From the NCBI GenBank assembly GCA_965205975.1, contig OZ242195.1:2656001-2720000 (forward strand): DNA of 64,000 nucleotides, given 5' to 3'. A program made the translations under genes and the position numbers. Below the pieces are notes generated by a model. It worked only from the letters and a program-made list of their open reading frames with translations. It was not told where the DNA came from and ran no database searches. How positions within the stretch are numbered: the first letter of the stretch is position 1; each line of letters opens with the position of its first letter. This DNA comes from Candidatus Latescibacterota bacterium (lineage in GTDB: Bacteria > Latescibacterota > UBA2968). Positions 38,491 through 47,482 of this stretch are shown one piece after another.

Positions 38491-39405
38491 ATGACCCGAT
38501 TACCGAGTGAAATAGGCTGTATCCATGGTATGAAGAATGATGGGGCTATGGTTCCACATTTGCAGGGTATTGCACATGTAGGGGAATACACCGTGTTATC
38601 GTCGTCTATTAAAGGTGCCGCATTGATCGTTGCCCATGGTACCCATTCGAACAAAAAGATAGTGTATAGGGAAAAAGCCCTTCCCAATGGGTATAAGCAT
38701 CCGGGTGGTATTGGTGTCTTGCCGCCTCAAAGTGGTCAGAATAGTGAATGGATGATTTTTGTGCCCGTGTTTGGCGAGGATGGGGGTGCAATTATTCCTT
38801 ATCGCCTCAACTATCCAAAAAACGGAAAAAAAGTGTCGTTAAAATGTGAGGATAGCTTTATCACACGTCTTTCGAGAAACGCGATGGCTTATGCGGTGGG
38901 GATCGCTCGAATGGAAAAGCATGTGATTATGGCCGTGGTGATCGACAATAATGGAAACCAGGTCCTATTTTTGGAGTGCAATAATCCGACTGGTCTGGGT
39001 ACGTATCAACCATTAGGTAATGTCTGGGACGTGGTCGAGGCGGACAAAGGCCAATGGCAACCAGATAAGAAGTGGGGTGGCTATCCGGATAGCATTTCGC
39101 TGATCTATCATGACGGATGGCTCTATTTTGTAGGAATGCACGGTAAAGTTTTACTTGGTAATTGGATAGATATTTACGATGTGAATCTGGACAATTACGT
39201 TTCCGAAAGGTTGATCAAAAAATGTAACGCCCGTGCTATATGCCAGAAAGGGGCTTCTTTTCGTTGGGGGGGAAGTGCGCGAATAATACCGGGAAACAAT
39301 AAGATTGAAATTCTGGCTGTGGAGAGCGATTTCAAAAAGAATGGCGTGGTCAGGTATAACACGTTTAACTGGTGTAGCTGGCAGTCGCTATCAACCGTGT
39401 CGTAA
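38491..39405 (+). CDS. Hypothetical protein, possibly beta-propeller
   Basis: AGGAGG RBS before ATG 38491; beta-rich with HLQGIA and HPGGIG motifs. Confidence 0.6.
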   Translation: MTRLPSEIGCIHGMKNDGAMVPHLQGIAHVGEYTVLSSSIKGAALIVAHGTHSNKKIVYREKALPNGYKHPGGIGVLPPQSGQNSEWMIFVPVFGEDGGAIIPYRLNYPKNGKKVSLKCEDSFITRLSRNAMAYAVGIARMEKHVIMAVVIDNNGNQVLFLECNNPTGLGTYQPLGNVWDVVEADKGQWQPDKKWGGYPDSISLIYHDGWLYFVGMHGKVLLGNWIDIYDVNLDNYVSERLIKKCNARAICQKGASFRWGGSARIIPGNNKIEILAVESDFKKNGVVRYNTFNWCSWQSLSTVS

Positions 39406-39538
39406 TCTGTATCACCGCAGCAAGAAGCCGTTCACTGAATAACTGATTCATGCAGCTTTAAGTATTAGTAATTCATTGAATATAAATGCATATTTGCGTA
39501 ATAATCAGTTGGTAAGTTCATAAAAGGAGACAAACACA

Positions 39539-40426
39539 ATGTGGATTTGGAAAACGTGCCTGGTATTACTGCTTTCAGGAGTACCCTTAATGTCCGCAAC
39601 GGCTCAGCTTTCGTTACCATCGAACTGGCAAGATATGGAAATCGAATCGAAGTGGGAACTCACCGAACGCAATTTCTACACTCTAATGGAGGCATTTCCG
39701 GATGAATCTAAACGGCTCGATTACAACGTAAGATTAAGGTGGAGTGGAATCGCTCGGCGTTTTCACGATGTCTATTACGACACATCAGATGATATTCTTA
39801 AGAATGATCTTCATTCTATCCGTCACCGTTCTCGGTCTGTTTCTGTACCACTCGCAGAAAACAACGAACTGGCAACACTTAAAGCTGCCCATTGGAAAGA
39901 ACAATGGGAACGGGTTCAGTACAAGAGCACTCCTTGCCGAATCGAGTCTGCTTGGCTACGTATGGAGTCAGGTGATTGCAAGCTGTCGGATGAGGATGGA
40001 GAAGACCTCTGTTCCTCTGTCCCTATCTCAGCAGATAAAGTACTATCCGGTGAGTTTCCCGCACATAAGTCTATCACTGCACTGAAGCAGGATCATCCCA
40101 AACTTGATCTGGCGAGGCTGGAACCAGTTCTCAAGGTCATTGACTACCGCTACCGGATTGAATTGCTCAATTCGACGGGGATGGTGGTCTACGAAATCTC
40201 ACTTGATCGTGTATTAAGCACAAATCTTCGAACTGGTGAGACTAAGCAGTCGCTTGAAGCTGAATTAGAAATCGTCACCGATATAGTCACTGAGAATATC
40301 ATACACGAATTTCTCAAATTCTCGGAAAAGTTTGAGAAAAAGTTCAACTTGGTACATCATCGATCCAAAACTAGTAAGGGAGGTGTAGGAGTTCCAGATT
40401 GCGGTGCGACGGGAGCAACCAAATGA
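39539..40426 (+). CDS. CYTH-like (triphosphate tunnel) protein with signal peptide
   Basis: EIESKW (ExExK), DVYYDT....L....SIRHR, EISLDRV, LEAELE. Confidence 0.72.
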   Translation: MWIWKTCLVLLLSGVPLMSATAQLSLPSNWQDMEIESKWELTERNFYTLMEAFPDESKRLDYNVRLRWSGIARRFHDVYYDTSDDILKNDLHSIRHRSRSVSVPLAENNELATLKAAHWKEQWERVQYKSTPCRIESAWLRMESGDCKLSDEDGEDLCSSVPISADKVLSGEFPAHKSITALKQDHPKLDLARLEPVLKVIDYRYRIELLNSTGMVVYEISLDRVLSTNLRTGETKQSLEAELEIVTDIVTENIIHEFLKFSEKFEKKFNLVHHRSKTSKGGVGVPDCGATGATK

Positions 40427-40733
40427 ATCGAACAAGCTAAATGTGGATTTCCCAGTTTTGGTGAGTATTTAAGGCTTGGGTTTCAAGCCTGCCTGTCTGC
40501 CGTGCCTGCACAGACAGATGATCAATGCTGCTTGTCGTATAGAATCATTACGGCACATGCTTCGTAGGCCATTGGCGCGTGTAGGCGATTGAAGCATGCC
40601 TGTGATGCGGATTATACCACCTTTCAATGTGTTCGAAGATGGGCAACCGAGCGTTCTTGTGCGTTCGGGAACCACAAATCCGTGTTCATCGGTGTTTACC
40701 TGTGATTGCTTTTAATAAAAGGAAGGTACAGCA

Positions 40734-40922
40734 ATGAACAAGATATGATACATCTTAATTTTCTCAACACTGCTATTTTCAAGCTCGGATGCGGAACAGG
40801 GCGAGGTAGGATATGTAATCAAGCCCCAATTTGATGATGTTGGGTCTTTTTCAGAAGGCCTGGCTCCTGTAAAAATTGGTTACAAGTATGGGTATATCAG
40901 TAAGGCGTCTTTTGAGAAATGA
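40734..40922 (+). pseudogene. WG-repeat protein remnant
   Basis: Manual translation MNKI*YILIFSTLLFSSSDAEQGEVGYVIKPQFDDVGSFSEGLAPVKIGYKYGYISK: stop at codon 5 and a single WG repeat. Confidence 0.72.
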
Positions 40923-41026
40923 TGGCGTGCTCCCCTTTTGGTTTTGGATCCTGGACATCATCCGTAAACACAGTCCTGACGCCTACGCTAAGATCATGGA
41001 AAAGAGTAAAGAAAGGAGGTCTAAAG

Positions 41027-41857
41027 ATGTATCGACACTGTATTTGTATAGGCGTATTAATTCTTCTGAGCCTTCCTCTCTGGTCACAACAGAACACCGG
41101 GGATAGCGTGCCTTCACCTGGAGAAACTTTTCAAGATTGTGATGAATGTCCAAAGATGGTGGTGGTGCCGTCAGGGTCGTTCACGATGGGGTCACGCGCG
41201 CGTGAGAGGGGTCCTGCTAATGAAAGGCCGCGGCATAGGGTGCGTATAGATTATCAGTTTGCTGTGGGTGTCTATGAGGTGACATTTGACGAATGGTATG
41301 CCTGTGTGGATGGGGGAGGTTGTGGAAGCTATGTTCCGGATATTCCAAATGATAGCTGGGACCGCGAGAATCGTCCTGTGATCAATGTGAACTGGGAAGA
41401 TGCACAGTCTTATGTGCGCTGGTTGTCAGCCCGGACGGGTAAAAGGTATCGTTTATTGAGTGAATCGGAATGGGAGTATGTGGCGCGCGCAGGCACAGAG
41501 ACGAAGTATAGCTGGGGGGACAGCGTAGGTGTCAACCGTGCCAATTGCGATGGTTGCGGCAGTCAGTGGGACGATAAACAGACAGCACCTGTGGGATCAT
41601 TCGCAGCCAATGCTTGGGGTGTTTACGATATGCACGGCAATGTGTGGGAGTGGGTTCAAGATTGTTGGAACAAGAGTTATGAAGGCGCACCTTCAGACGG
41701 TTCTTCGTGGGAGTCTGGGGACTGTGATAGGCGCGTATTGCGTGGTGGTACGTGGGCCATCTATCCGAGGCGCTTGCATTCGGCGGCTCGCGGTAGCCGC
41801 TCCACCGAGGACGACCGGTACCACTACGACGGCTTTCGCGTTGCCCGGGATCTTTAA
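41027..41857 (+). CDS. FGE-sulfatase/SUMF1 (CLec-fold) protein, paralogue 3
   Basis: AAGGAGG RBS, ATG 41027; near-identical to paralogue 1 except mainly in the C-terminal ~35 aa. Confidence 0.92.
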   Translation: MYRHCICIGVLILLSLPLWSQQNTGDSVPSPGETFQDCDECPKMVVVPSGSFTMGSRARERGPANERPRHRVRIDYQFAVGVYEVTFDEWYACVDGGGCGSYVPDIPNDSWDRENRPVINVNWEDAQSYVRWLSARTGKRYRLLSESEWEYVARAGTETKYSWGDSVGVNRANCDGCGSQWDDKQTAPVGSFAANAWGVYDMHGNVWEWVQDCWNKSYEGAPSDGSSWESGDCDRRVLRGGTWAIYPRRLHSAARGSRSTEDDRYHYDGFRVARDL

Positions 41858-41963
41858 CTCCTCTCATCTAACAGGTGCCCAAATGCTTCAAGACTGGACA
41901 CCTGTATCGCCGCGCGGTACAACTACTTGAGGCGTGAAATAGGGCATGTCAGACATCAAAAGT

Positions 41964-42087
41964 TATAGACATAATCCTACAGTTGTCTATATCAATAATT
42001 CCGCAATTGTCAGTTTCAATAGAGACAATTTCCTACAATTGTCATTCTCAATAGCGACAACTTTCCACAATTGTCTATCTCGATAGG
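41964..42087. repeat. Degenerate non-coding ~32-bp tandem repeat with internal GACAA..TTGTC dyads
   Basis: CAATAGAGACAATTTCCTACAATTGTCATTCT / CAATAGCGACAACTTTCCACAATTGTCTATCT plus two partial units. Confidence 0.72.
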
Positions 42088-42124
42088 TGTTTTGTCAAGA
42101 ACACTTCCAACACCGCTCTTTTAT

Positions 42125-42421
42125 TTAACGAGGTATCAGACGAATATCCAGACGACAGCCAACAGCTTCTGCATATTTTTTAAGGGTGGCAAGAGAAGGA
42201 GAATGCTTTTTGTGGCGTCCCGATGCTTCAAGACGTGCAATTGCAGGCGTTTTGGTGCCCATCTTTTTAGCCACATCAGCCTGGGTTAGACCTGCATTTT
42301 TTCTGGCTCTGAGCATTTCGTCAAAAAGCGCAAATTCATCCGCAAGCGCGTCGTATTCAGCGACAAATTCTGGATCTTTCTTCCATTCGCCAATCATTTC
42401 ACGATGTGTTTTCATGTGCAA
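42125..42421 (-). CDS. XRE/HigA-like HTH protein (orphan antitoxin)
   Basis: DPEF.AEYDAL..EF, ARKNAGLTQADVAKKMGT...AIARLE, PSLATL.KYA.A.G. Confidence 0.88.
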   Translation of the reverse strand: MHMKTHREMIGEWKKDPEFVAEYDALADEFALFDEMLRARKNAGLTQADVAKKMGTKTPAIARLEASGRHKKHSPSLATLKKYAEAVGCRLDIRLIPR

Positions 42422-42559
42422 TCTTCTTATCCTTCAAATGGCTGAACAGGTGCCAAGACCGACGCTGCAAGCAGATGTTTTCGGACCAAAGACAAAGACC
42501 TGTGTACCTTTCAAATGTGGCAAATACCTGATAGGAAAAAGAAGGTAGAGTTCACCCGT

Positions 42560-42778
42560 TTTAATGGAAATCAATTCTGGTGTTTGTTCCACTGTCCGAT
42601 GTTCAAGCCATGAAACACGATCTAAAAAGTTAAGGCCAGAGGCTTTTTGGCCTCCGGCCAGAATTTCATCTATTACAGCGGATGGTGCGATAACACGAGA
42701 ATACAATCTGGACAATAGGTTGAGTCGGTTCACGCCCGCCAATGCAATGAGAGGGCTGGAATCTGCGATCAGAAACAC
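42560..42778 (-). pseudogene. Truncated DUF3368 (PIN-like) toxin
   Basis: GTG 42778: LIADSSPLIALA....L.LL..LY..VIAP.AV..E; similarity is lost after ~70 aa, before the expected LD.GE motif. Confidence 0.7.
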
Positions 42779-42779
42779 G

Positions 42780-43031
42780 TCATTTATACCCAAATTCTGT
42801 GTCGAGTTGATCATCATCCAGATCAACAACAGGGATGTTCAGTGCACTGACCTTTGCGAGAAACTCGGGCTTGCTTAAACCGGATAGCTCCGGTGCTTTT
42901 CCAGCAGAAATCCGGCGAAGTTCAAAGAATTTCAAAGCCAATAAAAAACGCGCTTCTCGTTCAAATACTTCGGGTTCTTGCCCGGTGATCAAGAGCAGGT
43001 CTTCAGAATATGGGATATTCAATGTTTTCAT
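42780..43031 (-). CDS. UPF0175-family antitoxin
   Basis: EARFLLALKFFE..RIS.GKA.EL.GLS..EF, directly upstream of the DUF3368 fragment. Confidence 0.85.
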   Translation of the reverse strand: MKTLNIPYSEDLLLITGQEPEVFEREARFLLALKFFELRRISAGKAPELSGLSKPEFLAKVSALNIPVVDLDDDQLDTEFGYK

Positions 43032-43200
43032 ATTTTACCCTGTCAGATCGGACATAAGACTAAAAAACATTTAGTTACTCGAAACTACAACATCCCAATT
43101 ATATCAAAAAGGCCCTGTATTATCAAGGGCTTCTTGATAATGGTCAGAAATTGGGATGAAAGGCAAAACCTTCTGGATCGCGGCTAAATTCAAACGTGCG

Positions 43201-43446
43201 TTATTGGGCGCGTTGACGCCACCCTCTTATTTTACGCCTCTGTTGCCTGACAAGTGTGACGACTTCCTGCGTAGAGATGTCTGCCTCGATTGAAGGAACA
43301 TCCAGCGGTGATGCGGTGGGACGTTCTGGCACCAGGGCATAAGTCCTGCCATCTTTTCTGCGTATAAGAACCTTACCTGTTGACTCCGCTTTGTCCAGCA
43401 CGCTGGAGAGTTTTTGTCTGGCTTCCGAGTACGTATATACGTCCAT
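43201..43446 (-). CDS. Phd/YefM-family antitoxin
   Basis: YTYSEARQKLSSVLDKA....VLIRRKDG. Confidence 0.88.
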   Translation of the reverse strand: MDVYTYSEARQKLSSVLDKAESTGKVLIRRKDGRTYALVPERPTASPLDVPSIEADISTQEVVTLVRQQRRKIRGWRQRAQ

Positions 43447-43447
43447 C

Positions 43448-43846
43448 TTACCCCTCCAAATTAACGAAGTTGATACCGAGTGCGTCTGCAGCCCGTCTAA
43501 GTGTTCGGTCCAGCGTTAATAAAGGAGCCGCATGCCGCAAAGCGCAGTCCAATAAGTACGCGTCGTATGCGTATGCGTTCACCTGAGCCGCAATAGATAG
43601 AACATTTGCCATGTCAACGTTCACGTATTGCAGCGGAATGCGATCGAGAATCTCCAGACCCTGCTGTGCATCCGCGACACCAATACGACGTTGCTTGATC
43701 ATCGCTGAGAAAGCATTTCCAATTTCCCAGGGAATAGAACCGGGACCAATGAGTGTGTGACCCGATGTAGCTGCGATAATCGCGTCTCTTTCAGGCTCGG
43801 CTACGATCACCGCAATAATCGCTGACGTATCAATTACAATGTTCAT
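43448..43846 (-). CDS. vapC: VapC-family PIN toxin
   Basis: IVIDTSAIIA, WEIGNA, YAYDAYLL, LLTLDRTL. Confidence 0.9.
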   Translation of the reverse strand: MNIVIDTSAIIAVIVAEPERDAIIAATSGHTLIGPGSIPWEIGNAFSAMIKQRRIGVADAQQGLEILDRIPLQYVNVDMANVLSIAAQVNAYAYDAYLLDCALRHAAPLLTLDRTLRRAADALGINFVNLEG

Positions 43847-43868
43847 TATGATCTCCTCAAGACATTAT

Positions 43869-43898
43869 CAATTGTACAATTGTCTGCGTAAATGTCAA
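43869..43898 (-). promoter_or_regulatory. Promoter of vapC-phd with an overlapping palindromic operator
   Basis: Minus strand TTGACA-16 bp-TACAAT; palindrome CAATTGTACAATTG (43869-43882) covers the -10 box. Confidence 0.72.
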
Positions 43899-44298
43899 GA
43901 GATATATACGCCAGGTGTGATTTTCCCAACGCCGCAGAGCGCGAGTCGTGATGGATGAGCGGTATAGTGAAAGAATTGCCCCTTGAGTCAGGGAGAAAAG
44001 TGCCAGGGCGCGATTGAGATGACAGGCAAAACCTGTGAGATAATATCAGAAAATATTTACAGACGCTATATTGCTCCGTGTATTCAATTTCCTTATATTG
44101 ATTTGACTCAGGCACGTTATTACCCAATTCCGCTGACTGGACGAAGGATAAAACGGCTATTGAGGAAAATCTGTGAACACCACGATTCATACGATAGAAG
44201 ATCTCATTCGCATTTGAGGCGATAATTCTGAGTGGCCTGATATGTACCGCGTACTATGAGCTCGCACTCAAGAAGGTAAATTAGAGAAAGGTTGTGAC

Positions 44299-44526
44299 GT
44301 GAAAAATCAAGAAATTACAATTTGCGTAACGCCAGAGGCTGCTCGTGTTTATCAGTCTGCATCAGTACAAGATCGGCAAAAATTAAATGTTTTGTTAAGC
44401 CTGCAATTGAGTGGTTTGAGAAAACCGGCACGTCCAATTGAAGATATTATGCGCGAAGCCAGTGAAGAAGCGCGAAAAAATGGTTTGACGCCTGAAATAT
44501 TGAAAGAACTGCTTAATGCAAAATAA
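44299..44526 (+). CDS. Putative antitoxin of the adjacent PIN toxin
   Basis: 75 aa, ends A..NGLTPEIL.ELL; overlaps the PIN gene. Confidence 0.7.
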   Translation: MKNQEITICVTPEAARVYQSASVQDRQKLNVLLSLQLSGLRKPARPIEDIMREASEEARKNGLTPEILKELLNAK

Positions 44527-44938
44527 ATCGCGCTATGTATTCGATACGAATGTCATTGTTAGTGCTCTTCTTTTTTCTCAATCAACATCTGGTCGTTCAT
44601 TAAAAATTGCGCTGAATCAAGGTGCGTTACTTCTTTCAGAGGCAGTCGCCGAAGAATTGGAAGAGGTGCTTCGAAGGGATCGTTTTGATCGCTATGTGAA
44701 AAGAGAAACACGCGAAGAATTTCTTCAATCACTCATTCAAAGCGCAACATTTATTGAAATAATAGCGCACATAGAGATTTGTCGAGACCCCAAAGACGAC
44801 CAGTATTTGGAACTGGCAGTCAATGGTAAAGCGGACTGCATTATCAGCGGGGATGCAGATCTCATTGTTCTAAGTCCTTTTCGAGGAATTGACATACTAC
44901 CACCTCATGAATTTCTAATGACGCTCGGTCCCAAGTAG
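44516..44938 (+). CDS. PIN-domain toxin (PIN_3/TIGR00305-type)
   Basis: VFDTNVIVSALL, CRDPKDDQYLELA, IISGDADL. Confidence 0.92.
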   Translation: MQNKSRYVFDTNVIVSALLFSQSTSGRSLKIALNQGALLLSEAVAEELEEVLRRDRFDRYVKRETREEFLQSLIQSATFIEIIAHIEICRDPKDDQYLELAVNGKADCIISGDADLIVLSPFRGIDILPPHEFLMTLGPK

Positions 44939-45053
44939 AGCACCTACCTCACATCTCCTGATATTGTGGGCAGGACTGCTGTCGTGATTCGTTTTTTTTA
45001 TCTCTGGTCATTCTGGGCCAATCATCCGTTTTCGCAAAACTGATCTCATAAGA

Positions 45054-45090
45054 ACGCCCCGGCATTTTTGATGCTGGGGCGTGTTCTTTG
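45054..45090 (+). terminator. Probable intrinsic terminator
   Basis: ACGCCCCGGCAT / ATGCTGGGGCGT stem followed by GTTCTTTG. Confidence 0.55.
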
Positions 45091-45268
45091 TGTTGGGCAT
45101 AAGTGTCGCGCACTATCAGTGAGTGACACTGCATCAAGACCGCCAAAACGGATAACAAATCCAACTTTTTCTACCGCAAAGTCCTTGTGTACTCAACGGC
45201 TGTGTTTTATAATGTGTCTCAACCTGACGAAACCCCAAACTAACCGCACAAAAACAAAAGAGGCCGCG

Positions 45269-46513
45269 ATGAACAACACCGCCACAATACACACCCGTGC
45301 CTGGGCGGGTGACGAAGCCCTCACCCTCACCTTTCCCGAAGGCTGGACCGTCGAAACCTTTGGCCCAGAGGAATGCCCTCAAGTCACCGCAGACCAGATC
45401 CAAACCGCCTTTGACAACCCCATCGGCACACCGCGGATAGCGGAACTCGCCAGAGGGAAAAACAGCGCCGCAATCATCGTAGATGACCTGAGCCGTCCCA
45501 CACCCGCTGCCGAACTCATCCCCTATGTCCTCAAAGAACTCGACACCGCTGGCATACCCAAAAATCAAATCCGCTTTGTCGTCGGTGGAGGCTCTCACCG
45601 TCCAATCGACGCAGAGGAAATCGACAAAAAAGTGGGAGCGGATATCGCCCGCGCATATCAAGTCACAAACCACTATTTCATGAGCGGCGACCTGCGCGCC
45701 CTGGGCAGCCTGGACAGCGGCCTGCCCATTTACATCGACAGAGTTGTCGCAGATGCCGACCTCAAGCTCTGCGTAGGCGGCATCTATCCCCACGGCAACG
45801 TGGGATTTGGCGGCGGCGCCAAGCTCATCTTACCGGGCGTCTCGGGCTTTGCCACCATGTTCTACTTTCATACCTTTTACGCAAGCCGGGGACACGCCAA
45901 TATCGAACGACAGGGCGACGAACCAGACCATCGAGACGCCGCCGAAGCAGTCGCCAAAGTCCTGGGCCTCGATGCCGTCGTCAACGTGACACTCAACCGC
46001 AAACGCCAGATCACCGGTGTATTTGTGGGCGACTTTATCCAGGCGCAGCGCACCGGCGCCCGATTCGCACTAAAAACCTACGCAACCCGGGCACCAGAAA
46101 CAGAGCCTGACCTCGTCATTGCCAACTGCTATCCACTCGACTACGACCCCATCCAAACCGGCAAAGCACTCTGGCCGCTTCGACTGTTCAAAAACGCCTA
46201 CAAAGTCGCCATCAATCCCGCCACCGATGGCATATGTCACCACGGACTATACGACGAAATAGACTACGCGCGGTTTTGCAAACAGAAATCCGAACAGCCC
46301 CAGCAAGAACTCCCCGAACCCAAAATCGAAGGCCCGCACCAGACCCTGATGTGGTCTGAAAACTTTCCGGTTGACGAATTTTACAAACGCAACCCCGACG
46401 GTGTCCTCTTCCGAGATTGGGACATACTCCGCAACCAACTCATTGTAAAATTGCCCGATAATGCCCGCGTCGCCGTTTTTCCCAATGCGGCCATTCAAAT
46501 TTCTGCAAAATAA
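45269..46513 (+). CDS. LarA/DUF2088 (nickel-pincer racemase/epimerase superfamily) protein
   Basis: NPIGTP, IIVDDLSRPTP, GSHR, PH..VGFGGGAKLILPGV; start at ATG 45269. Confidence 0.85.
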   Translation: MNNTATIHTRAWAGDEALTLTFPEGWTVETFGPEECPQVTADQIQTAFDNPIGTPRIAELARGKNSAAIIVDDLSRPTPAAELIPYVLKELDTAGIPKNQIRFVVGGGSHRPIDAEEIDKKVGADIARAYQVTNHYFMSGDLRALGSLDSGLPIYIDRVVADADLKLCVGGIYPHGNVGFGGGAKLILPGVSGFATMFYFHTFYASRGHANIERQGDEPDHRDAAEAVAKVLGLDAVVNVTLNRKRQITGVFVGDFIQAQRTGARFALKTYATRAPETEPDLVIANCYPLDYDPIQTGKALWPLRLFKNAYKVAINPATDGICHHGLYDEIDYARFCKQKSEQPQQELPEPKIEGPHQTLMWSENFPVDEFYKRNPDGVLFRDWDILRNQLIVKLPDNARVAVFPNAAIQISAK

Positions 46514-46677
46514 TGGCCTGAAAAAGCGGAATTTTACTTTCACTCACGCGCCTACCATGCTATATTGGGCCGATGCAATGAATAAAAAAATCACGCAAGA
46601 GAACGGGGAGACGTAGGGACTGGGGGAGATCCTTGCCAATCCCTTGTTCTCTTGCGTTATTATATTTGGAGGCCACC

Positions 46678-47478
46678 ATGCTGACACAAGAACAAATCGA
46701 CTTCTACCACGAAAATGGATATCTCAAATGCGAAGCACTCTTTACCCCTGAAGAAACCGCTGAACTCGGCTCGGAAATGGTGCGCATCATCGAAAACTGG
46801 GGCAATGAGACCATTGGCTGGCGGGGACCCTGGCGAGATCGATACCTGCCCGAAGACGAACGCCTCAACACCAAAGCCGTCTTTATGCACAATCCCCAAT
46901 TCTACTCCGCAACCTGGGGGCGTGCCATCTTCAACGAACGACTCGTCGGCTGTGTAGAAGACCTGATCCGCGACACCGTTCAATGGCACCACACCGTACT
47001 CCATGCCAAACCGCCAGAACTCGGCACGCCTTTTCCCATGCACCAGGACTATCCCTTTTATCCGCACGACGGTCCCGACTTTGTCGATTGCTTGCTTCAC
47101 CTGGACGACACCCCAATAGAAAGCGGGTGCTTGCGCGTGGTACCCGGCAGCCACAAAAAGGGTCCGCTCGTTCACGTCCTGGGCCCAGACACCTCTCCTC
47201 ATCTGCCGCCAGACGATTACCACCCCGACAAAATCGACTCCATCCTGATCCCGGCAAAAGCAGGAGACGTCATCTTCTTTAGCTATCAGATCATTCACTG
47301 GTCCGACTGCAACCGCACCGACGAATGGCGAAAATCCGTGCGCTTCGGCTACCACAGCACCCAGATGCAACCCGTGGGCCGCGCAGAAGACGACCCCTAC
47401 CGCATCGATCCCAACAACATTTTGGAACGCAAAGACAGCACCATTGTATCCGGCTTTAGAATGAATGAAGTGAATTAA
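46678..47478 (+). CDS. Phytanoyl-CoA dioxygenase (PhyH) family Fe(II)/2OG enzyme
   Basis: MLTQEQIDFYHENGY, KPP, HQD, GCL.VVPGSH, H.S..N....R. Confidence 0.92.
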   Translation: MLTQEQIDFYHENGYLKCEALFTPEETAELGSEMVRIIENWGNETIGWRGPWRDRYLPEDERLNTKAVFMHNPQFYSATWGRAIFNERLVGCVEDLIRDTVQWHHTVLHAKPPELGTPFPMHQDYPFYPHDGPDFVDCLLHLDDTPIESGCLRVVPGSHKKGPLVHVLGPDTSPHLPPDDYHPDKIDSILIPAKAGDVIFFSYQIIHWSDCNRTDEWRKSVRFGYHSTQMQPVGRAEDDPYRIDPNNILERKDSTIVSGFRMNEVN

Positions 47479-47482
47479 ACGT

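Noticed and set aside
33440..41857. Formylglycine-generating enzymes activating the sulfatase at 47483
   Set aside because: The catalytic Cys pair after RGGS is absent and the proteins have signal peptides; they share the fold only.
41964..42087. Possible mini-CRISPR
   Set aside because: Units abut without unique spacers and are degenerate; kept only as an unexplained repeat.
33100..42100. Complete DGR or integron cassette array
   Set aside because: No reverse transcriptase, AAC-rich template repeat, integrase or convincing repeated attC site was found in the window.
43900..44290. ORFs 43846-44190 (-) and 43983-44225 (+)
   Set aside because: No RBS or motif support; probably promoter DNA and decayed fragments.
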